A stretch of DNA of 64,000 nucleotides, from contig PKTK01000013.1 of the NCBI GenBank assembly GCA_002869165.1, positions 50,124 through 114,123 of the forward strand, in the 5' to 3' direction. A program made the position numbers and the translations under genes. The notes under the pieces are model-generated. The model was not told the origin of the DNA. It searched no databases and saw nothing but the letters and a program-made list of their open reading frames with translations. Below are positions 24,573 through 34,311 of the stretch, one piece after another (position 1 is the stretch's first letter; every line of letters starts with the position of its first letter). Origin of the DNA: Candidatus Parcubacteria bacterium (GTDB lineage: Bacteria; Patescibacteriota; Patescibacteriia; Patescibacteriales; UBA12075).

Positions 24573-27500
24573 TTATACATTCTTAAAAAATAAAAATCTA
24601 ATTAAATAAATAAAAGCTACTAAAAATATTACCCCCACGATAATCAAACCATAAATTTTCAACCTATTGTCTTTTCTTTTTTTAAGTGTCCATTCTTTTT
24701 TTTCAATACTTTCACCAAGCACTTGTCCTTCATTATCGCCTCGCTCAATTAATTCTATTTCATTTTCATTTCTTAGTTGCAAACGTCTGCCTGAACTAGA
24801 ATTCTGCACTATTCCTCTAGCCAGAACTCTATCTCCCAAAGAAAAAGAAGACAAAAAATCGTTACTAGCATTTTTTAAATACACTTGTGTTTCGCCACTT
24901 TCATCACCCAAATATACTTTATCAGTTTGAATATCAATGATTTCTGCTTCTACCTGTGCCAAGCTTGCTTCTTGAATTTTGTCAATTTCCGAACAATTAC
25001 ATTTTTGAGTCTTTAACTCCAATCCATTTTTTATTACTTGAATATTACTTGCTTCCTTGGTTTTGACCCGCAACTCGCTACCTGTTTTAGACACTTCTCC
25101 ATTCACCTCTATCAAATCTCCAATTTCCAAATCTGGAAAATCTTTGTAATAACTATAAATTTGCAAACCAAGAGAGTCATCAGATATATAAAAATATTGA
25201 CTAGACAATTCTCCAGGCAGAGAGCTTACTATTCCTTGAATAGCTATTTTTTTTGATAAATATTCTTGATTTAAATCCTTAATATTTATATTATTTTTCA
25301 GTTCAAACTGACTTGTACCTTGTGCCAAAAAAACACTTCCTCCTTTTTTTTCTGAAACAGATGAATCAACAAGAATTTTATTCAAATTACTAGGACCATA
25401 GACTTCCCCCTCTTTGGTTTTTCCATATTCTTGAAAATCTATCACTTCACCGTTTGGGGCAATTAGCCTGACCTCATCATCAAAATTATTAAGTGCTATA
25501 CCAGAATCCTCTCGACTAAGATTGTAATATTCACCCGCCTTCAAAAAAACATTATCGGTAAACTTGTATGGCCTTGAACCTCCTTCCATATCATCCACAC
25601 TCCAATTCAAAAGATTAATATCATTTTCACTACTATTAAAAAGTTTGATATATTCTCCTTCTTGGTCACTGCCAACTGGATTAGGCAAGAATTCATCAAT
25701 CTTAATATCAGAAAAATCTATTTGCAGATCAGCGCTAGTTGCTTGACTCAAGTCTAAACTCCAATCAAAAACAACCAGTTCTTTTTCAATTTGTTTATCA
25801 AATTCACCATCATTTACAACCAAAGTGACTAAATATTTTCCTGATTTGCCGAAAATATGATCAGGATTGGGAAATTCAGAATAAAAACCATCATCAAAAT
25901 CCCAGAAATATTTAAGTTCGTCCTGATCAGGATCAATCGTATCACTACTATCAAAAATAACTGGCATGCCAACGAATAAATTCTCAACTACTGAAAAATC
26001 AGGAATTGGTTCTCGATTGGGTAATTCTATCTCATTTGTTTCACCTGGTGTCAAATTCGTACTCCAACTACAATCAAGATTAGGCAACACCCCCAAAAGC
26101 TCTAAATCTTTAGTCAAGCAATTCAGACTCATCCCCTCACTTGAATTTTTGTAATTCAAACTATCAATTGCCTTTTTTTTATCGATCTGAAACAAATAAA
26201 CCGTATCACCAGAATTATTCAAAGCTAAATTCGTCTCATCTTTAAAAAAAACTAAATAATCATGTGAATCAATATAAAGATACCTCTCAATTCTATAATT
26301 ATACTCACTCTCATCACCAAGTTGCCAACCATAAAGGTTGATTGCTTCTTCGCTTCTGTTATAAAGCTCAATATATTCTCTATCTGCATCCACTCCATCT
26401 GGATCAGGATATATCTCGCTTATAAATATAGCATTTTTTATATCTGCACTTGTTTTTAACTCATCTTCGCTAATAACATTACTTTTACCCTTGGTCACCT
26501 GACTGGTAACACAAAAATCAACTGAATCATTGCCAGTATTTCTGCCATCTTCTATACGAGCCAAAGAAAATGGATCCTTGGCTACAATTGCATTGTCACT
26601 AGGGTCCTCATCGCTCCAATCTCCATAACACAAAGAGTCAATATATACTCCACTTGAATCACGAAGAATAACAATATCCCCGGTGTTATTTAAATTTCCT
26701 TTTAGTTTTTCAATAACCAAAAACCTTTCACTCCCACTTCTACCAATAGTTCCTGTAAGGGATGTTTTGGCTCCACTTCCTTCTTCCAAAAACCAACCAC
26801 TCAAATCTATATCCTCTATACTTGTATTAAAAAGCTCGACCCATTCATTCTCACCATCGATCGGGTCGCTTACAATTTCGTTTATTACTACAATCCCAGA
26901 AAAATTTATTTCTTCATCACTCGATTTTATTTTGGTATTTTCTCCATTCTCCTCCCTAACAACTTGGTTGTCTGTACTAGTGGCCTCGTTTTCCTCACTC
27001 TGCTCCAAGTCATTACTAGAGTTATCTTCTTCTTGATTACTTTCATTGTTTGAATTATTAATAATATTTTCTTGACCTGGTGTGCCACCAACATCATCAC
27101 TGGTCACCCAAACACCACCAGAATTTAAAGACATTGTTTGTTTGGTGTCATTGTCTCCAGATGACCACGCGGTGCTAGCATTTATTTCATCAATTATCTC
27201 CCCTGAAGAATTTTTTAAAATTAAATACTCTCCGGTGTTGCCCAAAGCACCGGTATAGATTAACTGGGCCTCAACATCATCTACGCTAAAATCATCTGTT
27301 CGCTCAAGTAAATAATATGAATTGACATCAACAAAACCACTTAACTCAATTTCTGGGCTTCCGTCTTGCGCTACTAGCGTCAACCCGCTTAGATCAATAA
27401 CAACTGAGCCAGGGTTATATAGTTCTATCCATTCATCAGAACTTGAATACTCTGTACCCATCCAGGCAATCTCATTTATTCGTAATGAATCAGAGTTAGC

Positions 27501-27596
27501 CTGAACTATAGCCCCAAAATAAAAAATTCCTGAGATTAAAACCCCAAGAATCATGAATAATTTAATAAAATCAATGTTTCCTCCTTGTTTGTTCAT
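24573..27596 (-). CDS. Large surface protein with four lamin-tail domains, a PKD domain, OB-fold-like modules and a C-terminal TM anchor
   Basis: The lamin-tail motif recurs four times: INEI..DEWIELYN, NEWVELFN, REYIELYN and GEYIKLFN. The PKD motif is YFWDFDDG...GKYLVTLVVNDG. The C-terminal helix is IYGLIIVGVIFLVAFIYLI. Confidence 0.7.
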   Translation of the reverse strand: MNKQGGNIDFIKLFMILGVLISGIFYFGAIVQANSDSLRINEIAWMGTEYSSSDEWIELYNPGSVVIDLSGLTLVAQDGSPEIELSGFVDVNSYYLLERTDDFSVDDVEAQLIYTGALGNTGEYLILKNSSGEIIDEINASTAWSSGDNDTKQTMSLNSGGVWVTSDDVGGTPGQENIINNSNNESNQEEDNSSNDLEQSEENEATSTDNQVVREENGENTKIKSSDEEINFSGIVVINEIVSDPIDGENEWVELFNTSIEDIDLSGWFLEEGSGAKTSLTGTIGRSGSERFLVIEKLKGNLNNTGDIVILRDSSGVYIDSLCYGDWSDEDPSDNAIVAKDPFSLARIEDGRNTGNDSVDFCVTSQVTKGKSNVISEDELKTSADIKNAIFISEIYPDPDGVDADREYIELYNRSEEAINLYGWQLGDESEYNYRIERYLYIDSHDYLVFFKDETNLALNNSGDTVYLFQIDKKKAIDSLNYKNSSEGMSLNCLTKDLELLGVLPNLDCSWSTNLTPGETNEIELPNREPIPDFSVVENLFVGMPVIFDSSDTIDPDQDELKYFWDFDDGFYSEFPNPDHIFGKSGKYLVTLVVNDGEFDKQIEKELVVFDWSLDLSQATSADLQIDFSDIKIDEFLPNPVGSDQEGEYIKLFNSSENDINLLNWSVDDMEGGSRPYKFTDNVFLKAGEYYNLSREDSGIALNNFDDEVRLIAPNGEVIDFQEYGKTKEGEVYGPSNLNKILVDSSVSEKKGGSVFLAQGTSQFELKNNINIKDLNQEYLSKKIAIQGIVSSLPGELSSQYFYISDDSLGLQIYSYYKDFPDLEIGDLIEVNGEVSKTGSELRVKTKEASNIQVIKNGLELKTQKCNCSEIDKIQEASLAQVEAEIIDIQTDKVYLGDESGETQVYLKNASNDFLSSFSLGDRVLARGIVQNSSSGRRLQLRNENEIELIERGDNEGQVLGESIEKKEWTLKKRKDNRLKIYGLIIVGVIFLVAFIYLIRFLFFKNV

Positions 27597-27869
27597 TATT
27601 TTTTTAATTTATTTTTTATGTTTCTTTAATATTATCATTTTTTTATATCTATTTCAATTATTGTTTATCAAGAACATAAATAAAAAACATTTGAATTTTA
27701 TTAATATTATTTTAATATAATTATTATAAGATACAAACCATATATAATAAAATATTTTACCAAACAACTATTGACAAATTAAAAAAATTAATGTAAGGTA
27801 TTTTATTGTCCGCTCTTTTATAACTTAATCAAGCGAAAAATTGCTATTATTAAACAAAAAGGGGATGTA

Positions 27870-28328
27870 ATGGAAAGAGGAAATAAGCGTTCTAATCTAT
27901 TATTTTTGCTTTTATTGTTATTTTTGTTCTGCTTTTCCGGTTGTGCTACCCCCACGGGGTTAAGATACAACTATGGTATCTTTGCGGTTGATCAGACCAT
28001 TAGCGACAGCGATGGTAATGTATACGATATTTATGATGACATCAAGGTGCCAAAGGATAAAAAATGGTTGTCATTGAATTTAGCTGTACACAACCCTGAT
28101 AATCTAAGATTGTTCATTGTAATTCATGATTATGATGGGGAAAAAATTAGCAAAAAGCCTTTGTGGAATGTGGAAGCATTCCAGGAAAAGCCTAAAAGTT
28201 CGGTTGTCAAATTTAGTTTTAGCTGTCCTGATAGAGGATACAAAAACACCTTGATAACCGAGATAGTTAATGATGAGGGGGAAACTTTGAAAGAATTATT
28301 CCCTATAACCTATCAATTTACTAACTGA
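27870..28328 (+). CDS. Lipoprotein, unknown function
   Basis: The signal peptide carries the lipobox CFSGC. A TTGACA-17-TAAGGT promoter and a GGGG Shine-Dalgarno sequence lie upstream. Confidence 0.55.
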   Translation: MERGNKRSNLLFLLLLLFLFCFSGCATPTGLRYNYGIFAVDQTISDSDGNVYDIYDDIKVPKDKKWLSLNLAVHNPDNLRLFIVIHDYDGEKISKKPLWNVEAFQEKPKSSVVKFSFSCPDRGYKNTLITEIVNDEGETLKELFPITYQFTN

Positions 28329-28404
28329 TAGAAAGTGGAGGTCAATGCTATCATTGCAGACACAAAAAAAACAAAAAACAAAAAAAGAAGAAAGGAGGCT
28401 TTAA

Positions 28405-29307
28405 ATGAAAAGTAAGATTCTTGCAATTTTTGGTGCACTTCTGCTCACTTCTGGATCAGCTTTTGCAACAGGTGGACCCGGTGGATGTAATGGTTGTCAG
28501 GATGACTTCGCATTTGTCCAGGTCGGTCAGGATCAGGTTCAGACTTATGACGGCATTTCCTTTGGAACTCCAATGGGTGGGTTAACCATTCATGGTGGAA
28601 TGCAGGCCCAGGAAAACAGTGGTATAGCGTTCAACGGGAATGGTGCAGCCTATCAATCCGAAGAGCAGGGACATGAATATGGCGGATCAGCTTACTCGCC
28701 ATTTGCATTTTCCGAACAAACCGGTAGCAGCCTCATGACTGCCGATAACTTCGGAACAGTTAATAACTGCGGCTCATTTACCTCGAATGCCGAGCAGCTC
28801 TATGATGCAAAAATCGAAAATTTCAACACGATAAACTTTACAGCTTCCGGAATCAAAGAAGGCTTCGGCCAGAACATTTCCGGTTTTGCTACTCCTGGCG
28901 CCGAAGTCGGCAACAGCCTTGGGCTGAATTCCTATAATTCATATTCATCCGGTTCTTATTTTGGCAATGACTATGTCTACAACGATGGCATGGCTTATAC
29001 CAATTCCTATCTCAACGGTGAAGTTGCCAACAGAGGCATGGGAATGTACGAAGGATCGATTTCCGGTTTCCAGGAAGGCAATACAATGACTGCTCAGGAT
29101 GGAAATGGTACTTTCCAGATGGCCGGTCAAACTGCCATAGCTGAACTCAGTCTGGATGCTTGCGCCATGGGGAGAGCCCACATAGAAGGTGGCGCCGATA
29201 TGTTCCAGGGTTACGGATATGAACAGTACAACCAGGGCAAAAACGGCTTCCAGTATCAAACTGGCTCAGTCTCAACCCAGGTGGAAGTAAGCACACACAT
29301 TCACTGA
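28405..29307 (+). CDS. Secreted G/N/Q/S/Y-rich protein, unknown function
   Basis: An AGGAGG Shine-Dalgarno sequence precedes it. The signal peptide ends AFA-TG. The composition is low-complexity and rich in G, N, Q and Y. The DNA is about 50% G+C in the sampled stretch. Confidence 0.55.
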   Translation: MKSKILAIFGALLLTSGSAFATGGPGGCNGCQDDFAFVQVGQDQVQTYDGISFGTPMGGLTIHGGMQAQENSGIAFNGNGAAYQSEEQGHEYGGSAYSPFAFSEQTGSSLMTADNFGTVNNCGSFTSNAEQLYDAKIENFNTINFTASGIKEGFGQNISGFATPGAEVGNSLGLNSYNSYSSGSYFGNDYVYNDGMAYTNSYLNGEVANRGMGMYEGSISGFQEGNTMTAQDGNGTFQMAGQTAIAELSLDACAMGRAHIEGGADMFQGYGYEQYNQGKNGFQYQTGSVSTQVEVSTHIH

Positions 29308-29382
29308 TATTTCAAAATGTTTCGGGGCTCTACCAATCCTGGTAGAGCCCATATATAACCTACCAAAAAGGAGAGAAAAACT

Positions 29383-30249
29383 ATGAAGTATCTCAACACC
29401 CTGTTAGCATTATTCGCAATTTTACTTTTTACAGGAACTGCATTTGCTGGTGATATCTCCAACAATGTTGGTGCTAAATCTGATGCTAGCCAGGGCCAAA
29501 GTCAAGGCCAGACCAGCATGAATGTAAATGCCCCATCGCAAAGCACCTACGTCGACAACAAACCGACATTCGTTCAGTCTTTCGTATCCAAAGGCTCACC
29601 AACCCACCATATTCCAGCTGATATAACCTTTCCTGGTATGGTTGGAAACCTGACTTCCGGAAACGATAAAGGACCGAACTTCACCAGCATGTACGATCTG
29701 CTCAAATACAAATCAGTCGAAGTTGGTGGACCAGCAACTTTTACCCGTGAAGAACTCGAAAACATCGCTGAAGATGCCGAGAACTGGCTCGGAAATGATC
29801 CAGGGCTGGAAGCAAGGTACTATGGAGGGCAAAAACGTGAAGCCGTAGACGAAATCACTGTTCTCTTTTCCCCCACCATTATTGCAAAAACCAAAGACGG
29901 TCGTGTAAACGTATTCGTCGGCAAAAAACTTCCAGGCATGAAAGTCGCCGGCCAAATCCATTCCAGTGCTTGGGATGAGGATATTGTTTCACTTGACGTT
30001 CTAGCAGTTGCTTTGATCGATGCCATGAATAATGGTTGTAACGCAGCAGACGTTACCACTGAAGACGTAGTTGATGTTCTCAAAGTTGGGAGCTGGGGTC
30101 TCGGTTTTAACATGAGCGCAGCAAGTGCAACCATGGACTCTGGTCACAGTGCAATTTCCAGCGCAGGTGGCGGTGGAACAGGCGTTTCAGAAAATGAAGC
30201 CTATCATGCAAAGAAACCTTATCTGCAAATGGCCGTTGGAGTCAAATAA
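29383..30249 (+). CDS. Secreted protein, unknown function
   Basis: An AGGAG Shine-Dalgarno sequence precedes it. The signal peptide ends AFA-GD. The DNA is about 50% G+C. A terminator follows. Confidence 0.55.
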   Translation: MKYLNTLLALFAILLFTGTAFAGDISNNVGAKSDASQGQSQGQTSMNVNAPSQSTYVDNKPTFVQSFVSKGSPTHHIPADITFPGMVGNLTSGNDKGPNFTSMYDLLKYKSVEVGGPATFTREELENIAEDAENWLGNDPGLEARYYGGQKREAVDEITVLFSPTIIAKTKDGRVNVFVGKKLPGMKVAGQIHSSAWDEDIVSLDVLAVALIDAMNNGCNAADVTTEDVVDVLKVGSWGLGFNMSAASATMDSGHSAISSAGGGGTGVSENEAYHAKKPYLQMAVGVK

Positions 30250-30298
30250 ATAAATTTCGCATAATAATTTTAAAAGAAGTAGCCAATCACTACTTTCC

Positions 30299-30329
30299 AA
30301 GAGGTAACAAACAGTTACCTCTTTTTTAT
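30299..30329 (+). terminator. Intrinsic terminator
   Basis: AGAGGTAAC-AAACA-GTTACCTCT followed by T6. Confidence 0.75.
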
Positions 30330-30392
30330 TTTCCCTTGAAAAAATAAACAATCTCCTTTAATATAATAATAAACAATAACAAAGGAGAGAAA

Positions 30393-30719
30393 ATGAGGAA
30401 TATTTTTCCAAGTCTAGAAGAAACAGTTCTTTCTAAAATAAAAGAAATTGATAATTTGATTCAAATCTTAGAAAATATTAAACAACAAGAGGAAGAAATA
30501 AAGAGCATAGCAAGCAAATTATTAAATAGTAAACTGAAAGCTCATAAAAATGAAATTAAAAAGTATTATTTGCATTCCAAAAATACTTACAAAGAACTTC
30601 TTTTAATCTGCATAAAAATACTACTTGACGAAACTAGAAAACAAGGCCAAGTTGCAAAATCAAATATTGATTTTGAAACAAAAATCAAAAAACTTGAAGA
30701 AAAACTTGCAGAAATTTAA
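30393..30719 (+). CDS. Hypothetical coiled-coil protein
   Basis: An AGGAG Shine-Dalgarno sequence precedes it. The sequence is K/E-rich with a heptad character. A terminator follows at about 30729-30757. Confidence 0.4.
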   Translation: MRNIFPSLEETVLSKIKEIDNLIQILENIKQQEEEIKSIASKLLNSKLKAHKNEIKKYYLHSKNTYKELLLICIKILLDETRKQGQVAKSNIDFETKIKKLEEKLAEI

Positions 30720-30930
30720 AATTCAAAAAACCCGTAAAAAAAATTCGGGTTTTTTTATTTCCTTTGTTATTTCTTTAGATATTAACTAATTAAATAACAA
30801 CTCCATTATTGAGGAGACTTGATTGCCAAAAAAATTAATCTTGTGTCAATCTATCGCCTAATAGTTATCTCAAAACAAACATGCTAGGGGTGTGTTATAT
30901 GTCTTAAGAATTGTACTTTTCACAATCTAA

Positions 30931-30978
30931 CACCACTTCCTCCAACAAACTGGAGTACTCTCCTCAAGGGGGTGATTT
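30931..30978. repeat. Degenerate family B repeat copy
   Basis: CACCACTTCCTCCAACAAACTGGAGTACTCTCCTCAAGGGGGTGATTT aligns with the reverse complement of 3611-3665. Confidence 0.4.
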
Positions 30979-31189
30979 TTATTAGTAAATTTTTTAACAC
31001 ATACAAATCTAAATACCGAAAACGATTCAAAGAAAATAAATTTCAAAAAAAAGCAACCAGCTTTTTCAAGCTGATTGCTTTATATTTTTTTCATTTATGT
31101 TTTTAGCTTATTTTTCTTAGTTCCCCACTAATCTTTTATAAGACTAATTCTATTATATACAAAGAAAATTAAAACAATATTAATTTAAG

Positions 31190-31498
31190 CTACTTAATTG
31201 TTGCTTCAACCAAAGAATTCAAGACAAAATTGGCAATAGAATAAGAAGACAGAACTATTATTAGACCAGTCACTGCATTTACAAGTGTTTTTTTAGCCTT
31301 GGTGACTTTCACTACATTACCAGCCGATGTCATCCATACAAAACCGGCATAAATCACCAAACATAAGAAAATTATACCAAGTAAAGACAAAACAACCGCA
31401 ATCAAACCACCTACTATAGCTCCAATTCCTTGAGGTTCACCAAACCCAGCCACTCTGGCGGTTTGCTCTAACATTTCCATTATTAAACTTGTATCCAT
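31190..31498 (-). CDS. TrbC/VirB2-like small pilin-family membrane protein
   Basis: A two-TM hairpin with IYAGFVWMTSAGN..KVTKAKKTLVNAVTGLIIVLSSYSI. This is the pattern of the small type IV secretion pilin-like family common in Patescibacteria. It starts 2 nt after the smc stop codon. Confidence 0.5.
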   Translation of the reverse strand: MDTSLIMEMLEQTARVAGFGEPQGIGAIVGGLIAVVLSLLGIIFLCLVIYAGFVWMTSAGNVVKVTKAKKTLVNAVTGLIIVLSSYSIANFVLNSLVEATIK

Positions 31499-31499
31499 A

Positions 31500-34130
31500 T
31501 TATCTTGTTTTTACTTCATCTAACTTAACTGACAAAAGCTTAGAAATACCATCATCTCCCATAGTAACACCATACAGAATATTTGCCCTTCGCATGCTAG
31601 CACGATTGTGAGTAATCACAATGAACTGAGTTTTGTGAGATAGCTCATCTAGAATCTTAGCTAGCCTTTCTGAATTAGCCTCATCAAGTGCTGCATCCAC
31701 CTCATCCAAAACTACAAACGGAGATGGGTTGGATGAAATAATAGCACAAATCAAAGCAATTGCAGTTAAGGCTCGCTCACCTCCAGAAAGCATAGAAATA
31801 GAAGTAATTTTCTTGCCTGGAGGAGTGGCTTTGATTTCAATTCCAGCTAGACCTGTAGCGTTATGTTTTTGTAAAAACTTAATTTTTTTAAGATCCGTCA
31901 AGTTTACCTGTTCATCTTTTTTCTTTTCTTCAGCTTCAGTCTCTTTTTCTTTAACATTTTGCTCTTCCATTACCTTGTCAATCCGAGCAGATCCTCCATT
32001 GAAAAGAACCTTGAAATATTCCTCAAATTTCTTAGCAATCAATTTAAATTCCTTGTCAAATTTATCCCTGATCACTATATCTAACTCCTTGATCACCTTT
32101 TCAAGTGAATCAATAGTTTTACTCAAGTCACTAGTTTGATTTTCCAAAAAGTCATATCTCTCTTTTGTCGATGTGTATTCATTTTCAATAGCTGGATCAA
32201 TTCCGCCAATTTGCTCAAGTTGTCTTTTGATATAAGTGATTTTTTCCTTAGCTTCTGCTAGATTATCCATTTTCTCGTCTGTGTCTTTTTTTAGGGCCTC
32301 CATACTGCCTAGCTCTTCTCGAATCTCAATTTCCAAATCTTCAAGCTTGGTTTCATGACGAGTTGAATCAATTTTAATAGCTTGTAAATTATTATTCAAA
32401 CCATTGATCTCATTTTGCAGATTTTGCAAATCTTTTTGCAGGGCAAAAAGTTTTTGCTTTTGTTCATCTTCTTTTTGTGATACTTGAGATAGTTTTTCTT
32501 TAACCCCTGCAATCACCTCTTCTTGTTTTGTTAATTCTTTATTTAAGTCTTCTAATTCTTTTTCTTGTTTGCCATCTCCGACCTCACCAGAATAAGTGCT
32601 AATCTTTTGTGTGATAGCTGTTTCTTCGCTTTTTAGACTGGCTAATTTTTCATTTTGTAGTTTGATTCTTTCTCCTTTTGAACCAATTTGCAAATTTAGC
32701 TCGGTTATTCTTGCGCTTAGTCCTTCCTTTTCTTCACTAGCTTTTTCAAGGGAAAGATGAAGCTTGGTCCATTCTTCATTTGGACTTTCATCACTTTCTT
32801 CTTCTTCGGTTAATTTAATAGCTTTTTCAATTTCCTCCTCAAGTTCTCTGGCAACTCTCTTGATCTCCTCAATATCATCAAGACTTACTAATGTTTTTAA
32901 CTTGGCTGAAATTACAGCTAGCTGCTCCTTGATGTCCTCGCTCTCTTCAGTGTCTGCTTCAATCCCAATCTGCCTTAAGTCATTATTTATTTTTTGGATA
33001 TTTTTGTTTATTGTTTCTTTTTCACTATTAAGTTCAGTCATTGCTCTTTTTTCCTTTTCTATTTCTTGCTCAAGAGACTGAACATCGCTGGCGATATCAG
33101 TCATGCTTTGTCTAATATCTTCTTTTTTATTCATAAGGAATGATAAATCAAACTTTCCTTCGGCTTCTAGTTTTACTTCAATTTGTGCTTCAATTTTGGC
33201 AATTTGCCTAGTTAGCTCGTTCCGCTTGCTTTGCTCTCTGGATAGCTCAGCTTGTAATTCCTCAAATTCACTGCTTCCCAAACTCTCATTTTTCATTTTT
33301 TCAAGATCAGCGTTTAGTCCTGCAAGTTTCTTGTCTTTGGCAATTTTATCTTTTTCAATTTCTAGATATTCATCATTAGCCTTTTTAAACTTGGCACGTA
33401 AATCGTTCCATATTTCTGAATAATACGCAGTTTGCAAATCTTCAAGCTCTGTTTCAAGCTCACCTCTTTTTCTTAGTTTATTAACTTGTCTGGTTAAACT
33501 TTTAATTCGTGGCTCAATCTCCTGAACCAACATCTGAGCTTGTAGTAAATTCTCATAGCTGTTGCGCAATTTATTCAAAGCTTCATCACGCTTGATCTGA
33601 TACTGCTTTACTCCAGTGGCTTCATCAAAAAATTCCTTTCTCTCAGCCAGAGAAGTGTTCAAAAATCTCTCCACCATACCCTGACCAATCACTGAGTAAG
33701 TCTTTTGTCCAAAACTAGCCTTGGCAAGTAGCATCTGAATATCAGCCAATCTTACCTTGGAGTTATTGATTAAATATTCAGAATCTCCGTTTCGATACAA
33801 ACGACGAGTCAAAACAATTTGCGAATAATCAATTGGTGCTTTCTTGTCTTCATTATTTAAATGTAAAGAAACCTCGGCCATACCGAGTTTACCTTTCTTG
33901 TCGGAACCAGAAAAAATAACATCTTCGCTTTTTTTACCACGAAGTGTTTTCATACTTTGTTCACCAAGTGCCCAACGAACTGAATCAGCTACATTTGACT
34001 TGCCTGATCCATTTGGTCCAACTACTGCGGTGATTCCCCGCTTGGTTCCATCCAACATTCCAGGAAAAATCAAGGCGTTCTTATTGGCAAATGATTTAAA
34101 TCCTTGTACTTCAAGTTTTTCTAAAAACAT
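31500..34130 (-). CDS. smc: SMC-family chromosome condensation ATPase, short form (876 aa) with no recognisable hinge
   Basis: The N-terminal head is FLEKLEVQGFKSF...VVGPNGSGKSNVADSVRWALGEQS. The C-terminal head is LSGGERALTAIALICAI...VLDEVDAALD. The middle is continuous coiled coil with an acidic loop (TEEEESDESPNEEW). Confidence 0.85.
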   Translation of the reverse strand: MFLEKLEVQGFKSFANKNALIFPGMLDGTKRGITAVVGPNGSGKSNVADSVRWALGEQSMKTLRGKKSEDVIFSGSDKKGKLGMAEVSLHLNNEDKKAPIDYSQIVLTRRLYRNGDSEYLINNSKVRLADIQMLLAKASFGQKTYSVIGQGMVERFLNTSLAERKEFFDEATGVKQYQIKRDEALNKLRNSYENLLQAQMLVQEIEPRIKSLTRQVNKLRKRGELETELEDLQTAYYSEIWNDLRAKFKKANDEYLEIEKDKIAKDKKLAGLNADLEKMKNESLGSSEFEELQAELSREQSKRNELTRQIAKIEAQIEVKLEAEGKFDLSFLMNKKEDIRQSMTDIASDVQSLEQEIEKEKRAMTELNSEKETINKNIQKINNDLRQIGIEADTEESEDIKEQLAVISAKLKTLVSLDDIEEIKRVARELEEEIEKAIKLTEEEESDESPNEEWTKLHLSLEKASEEKEGLSARITELNLQIGSKGERIKLQNEKLASLKSEETAITQKISTYSGEVGDGKQEKELEDLNKELTKQEEVIAGVKEKLSQVSQKEDEQKQKLFALQKDLQNLQNEINGLNNNLQAIKIDSTRHETKLEDLEIEIREELGSMEALKKDTDEKMDNLAEAKEKITYIKRQLEQIGGIDPAIENEYTSTKERYDFLENQTSDLSKTIDSLEKVIKELDIVIRDKFDKEFKLIAKKFEEYFKVLFNGGSARIDKVMEEQNVKEKETEAEEKKKDEQVNLTDLKKIKFLQKHNATGLAGIEIKATPPGKKITSISMLSGGERALTAIALICAIISSNPSPFVVLDEVDAALDEANSERLAKILDELSHKTQFIVITHNRASMRRANILYGVTMGDDGISKLLSVKLDEVKTR

Positions 34131-34311
34131 ATTTCTTTAGCTTTTAGCTTTTAGGTTGTAGCCTTTAGGTAGAATATTAAAATAATTGCCCATAAAAGCT
34201 AACAGCTAATACCTAGAAGCTAATTCTAATTATACAATATTTAAGAAAAAAATAAAAACAAAATAAAAAAACGGTAATTTCTGCAAAGAAATTACCGTTT
34301 ATTGAATTTTT

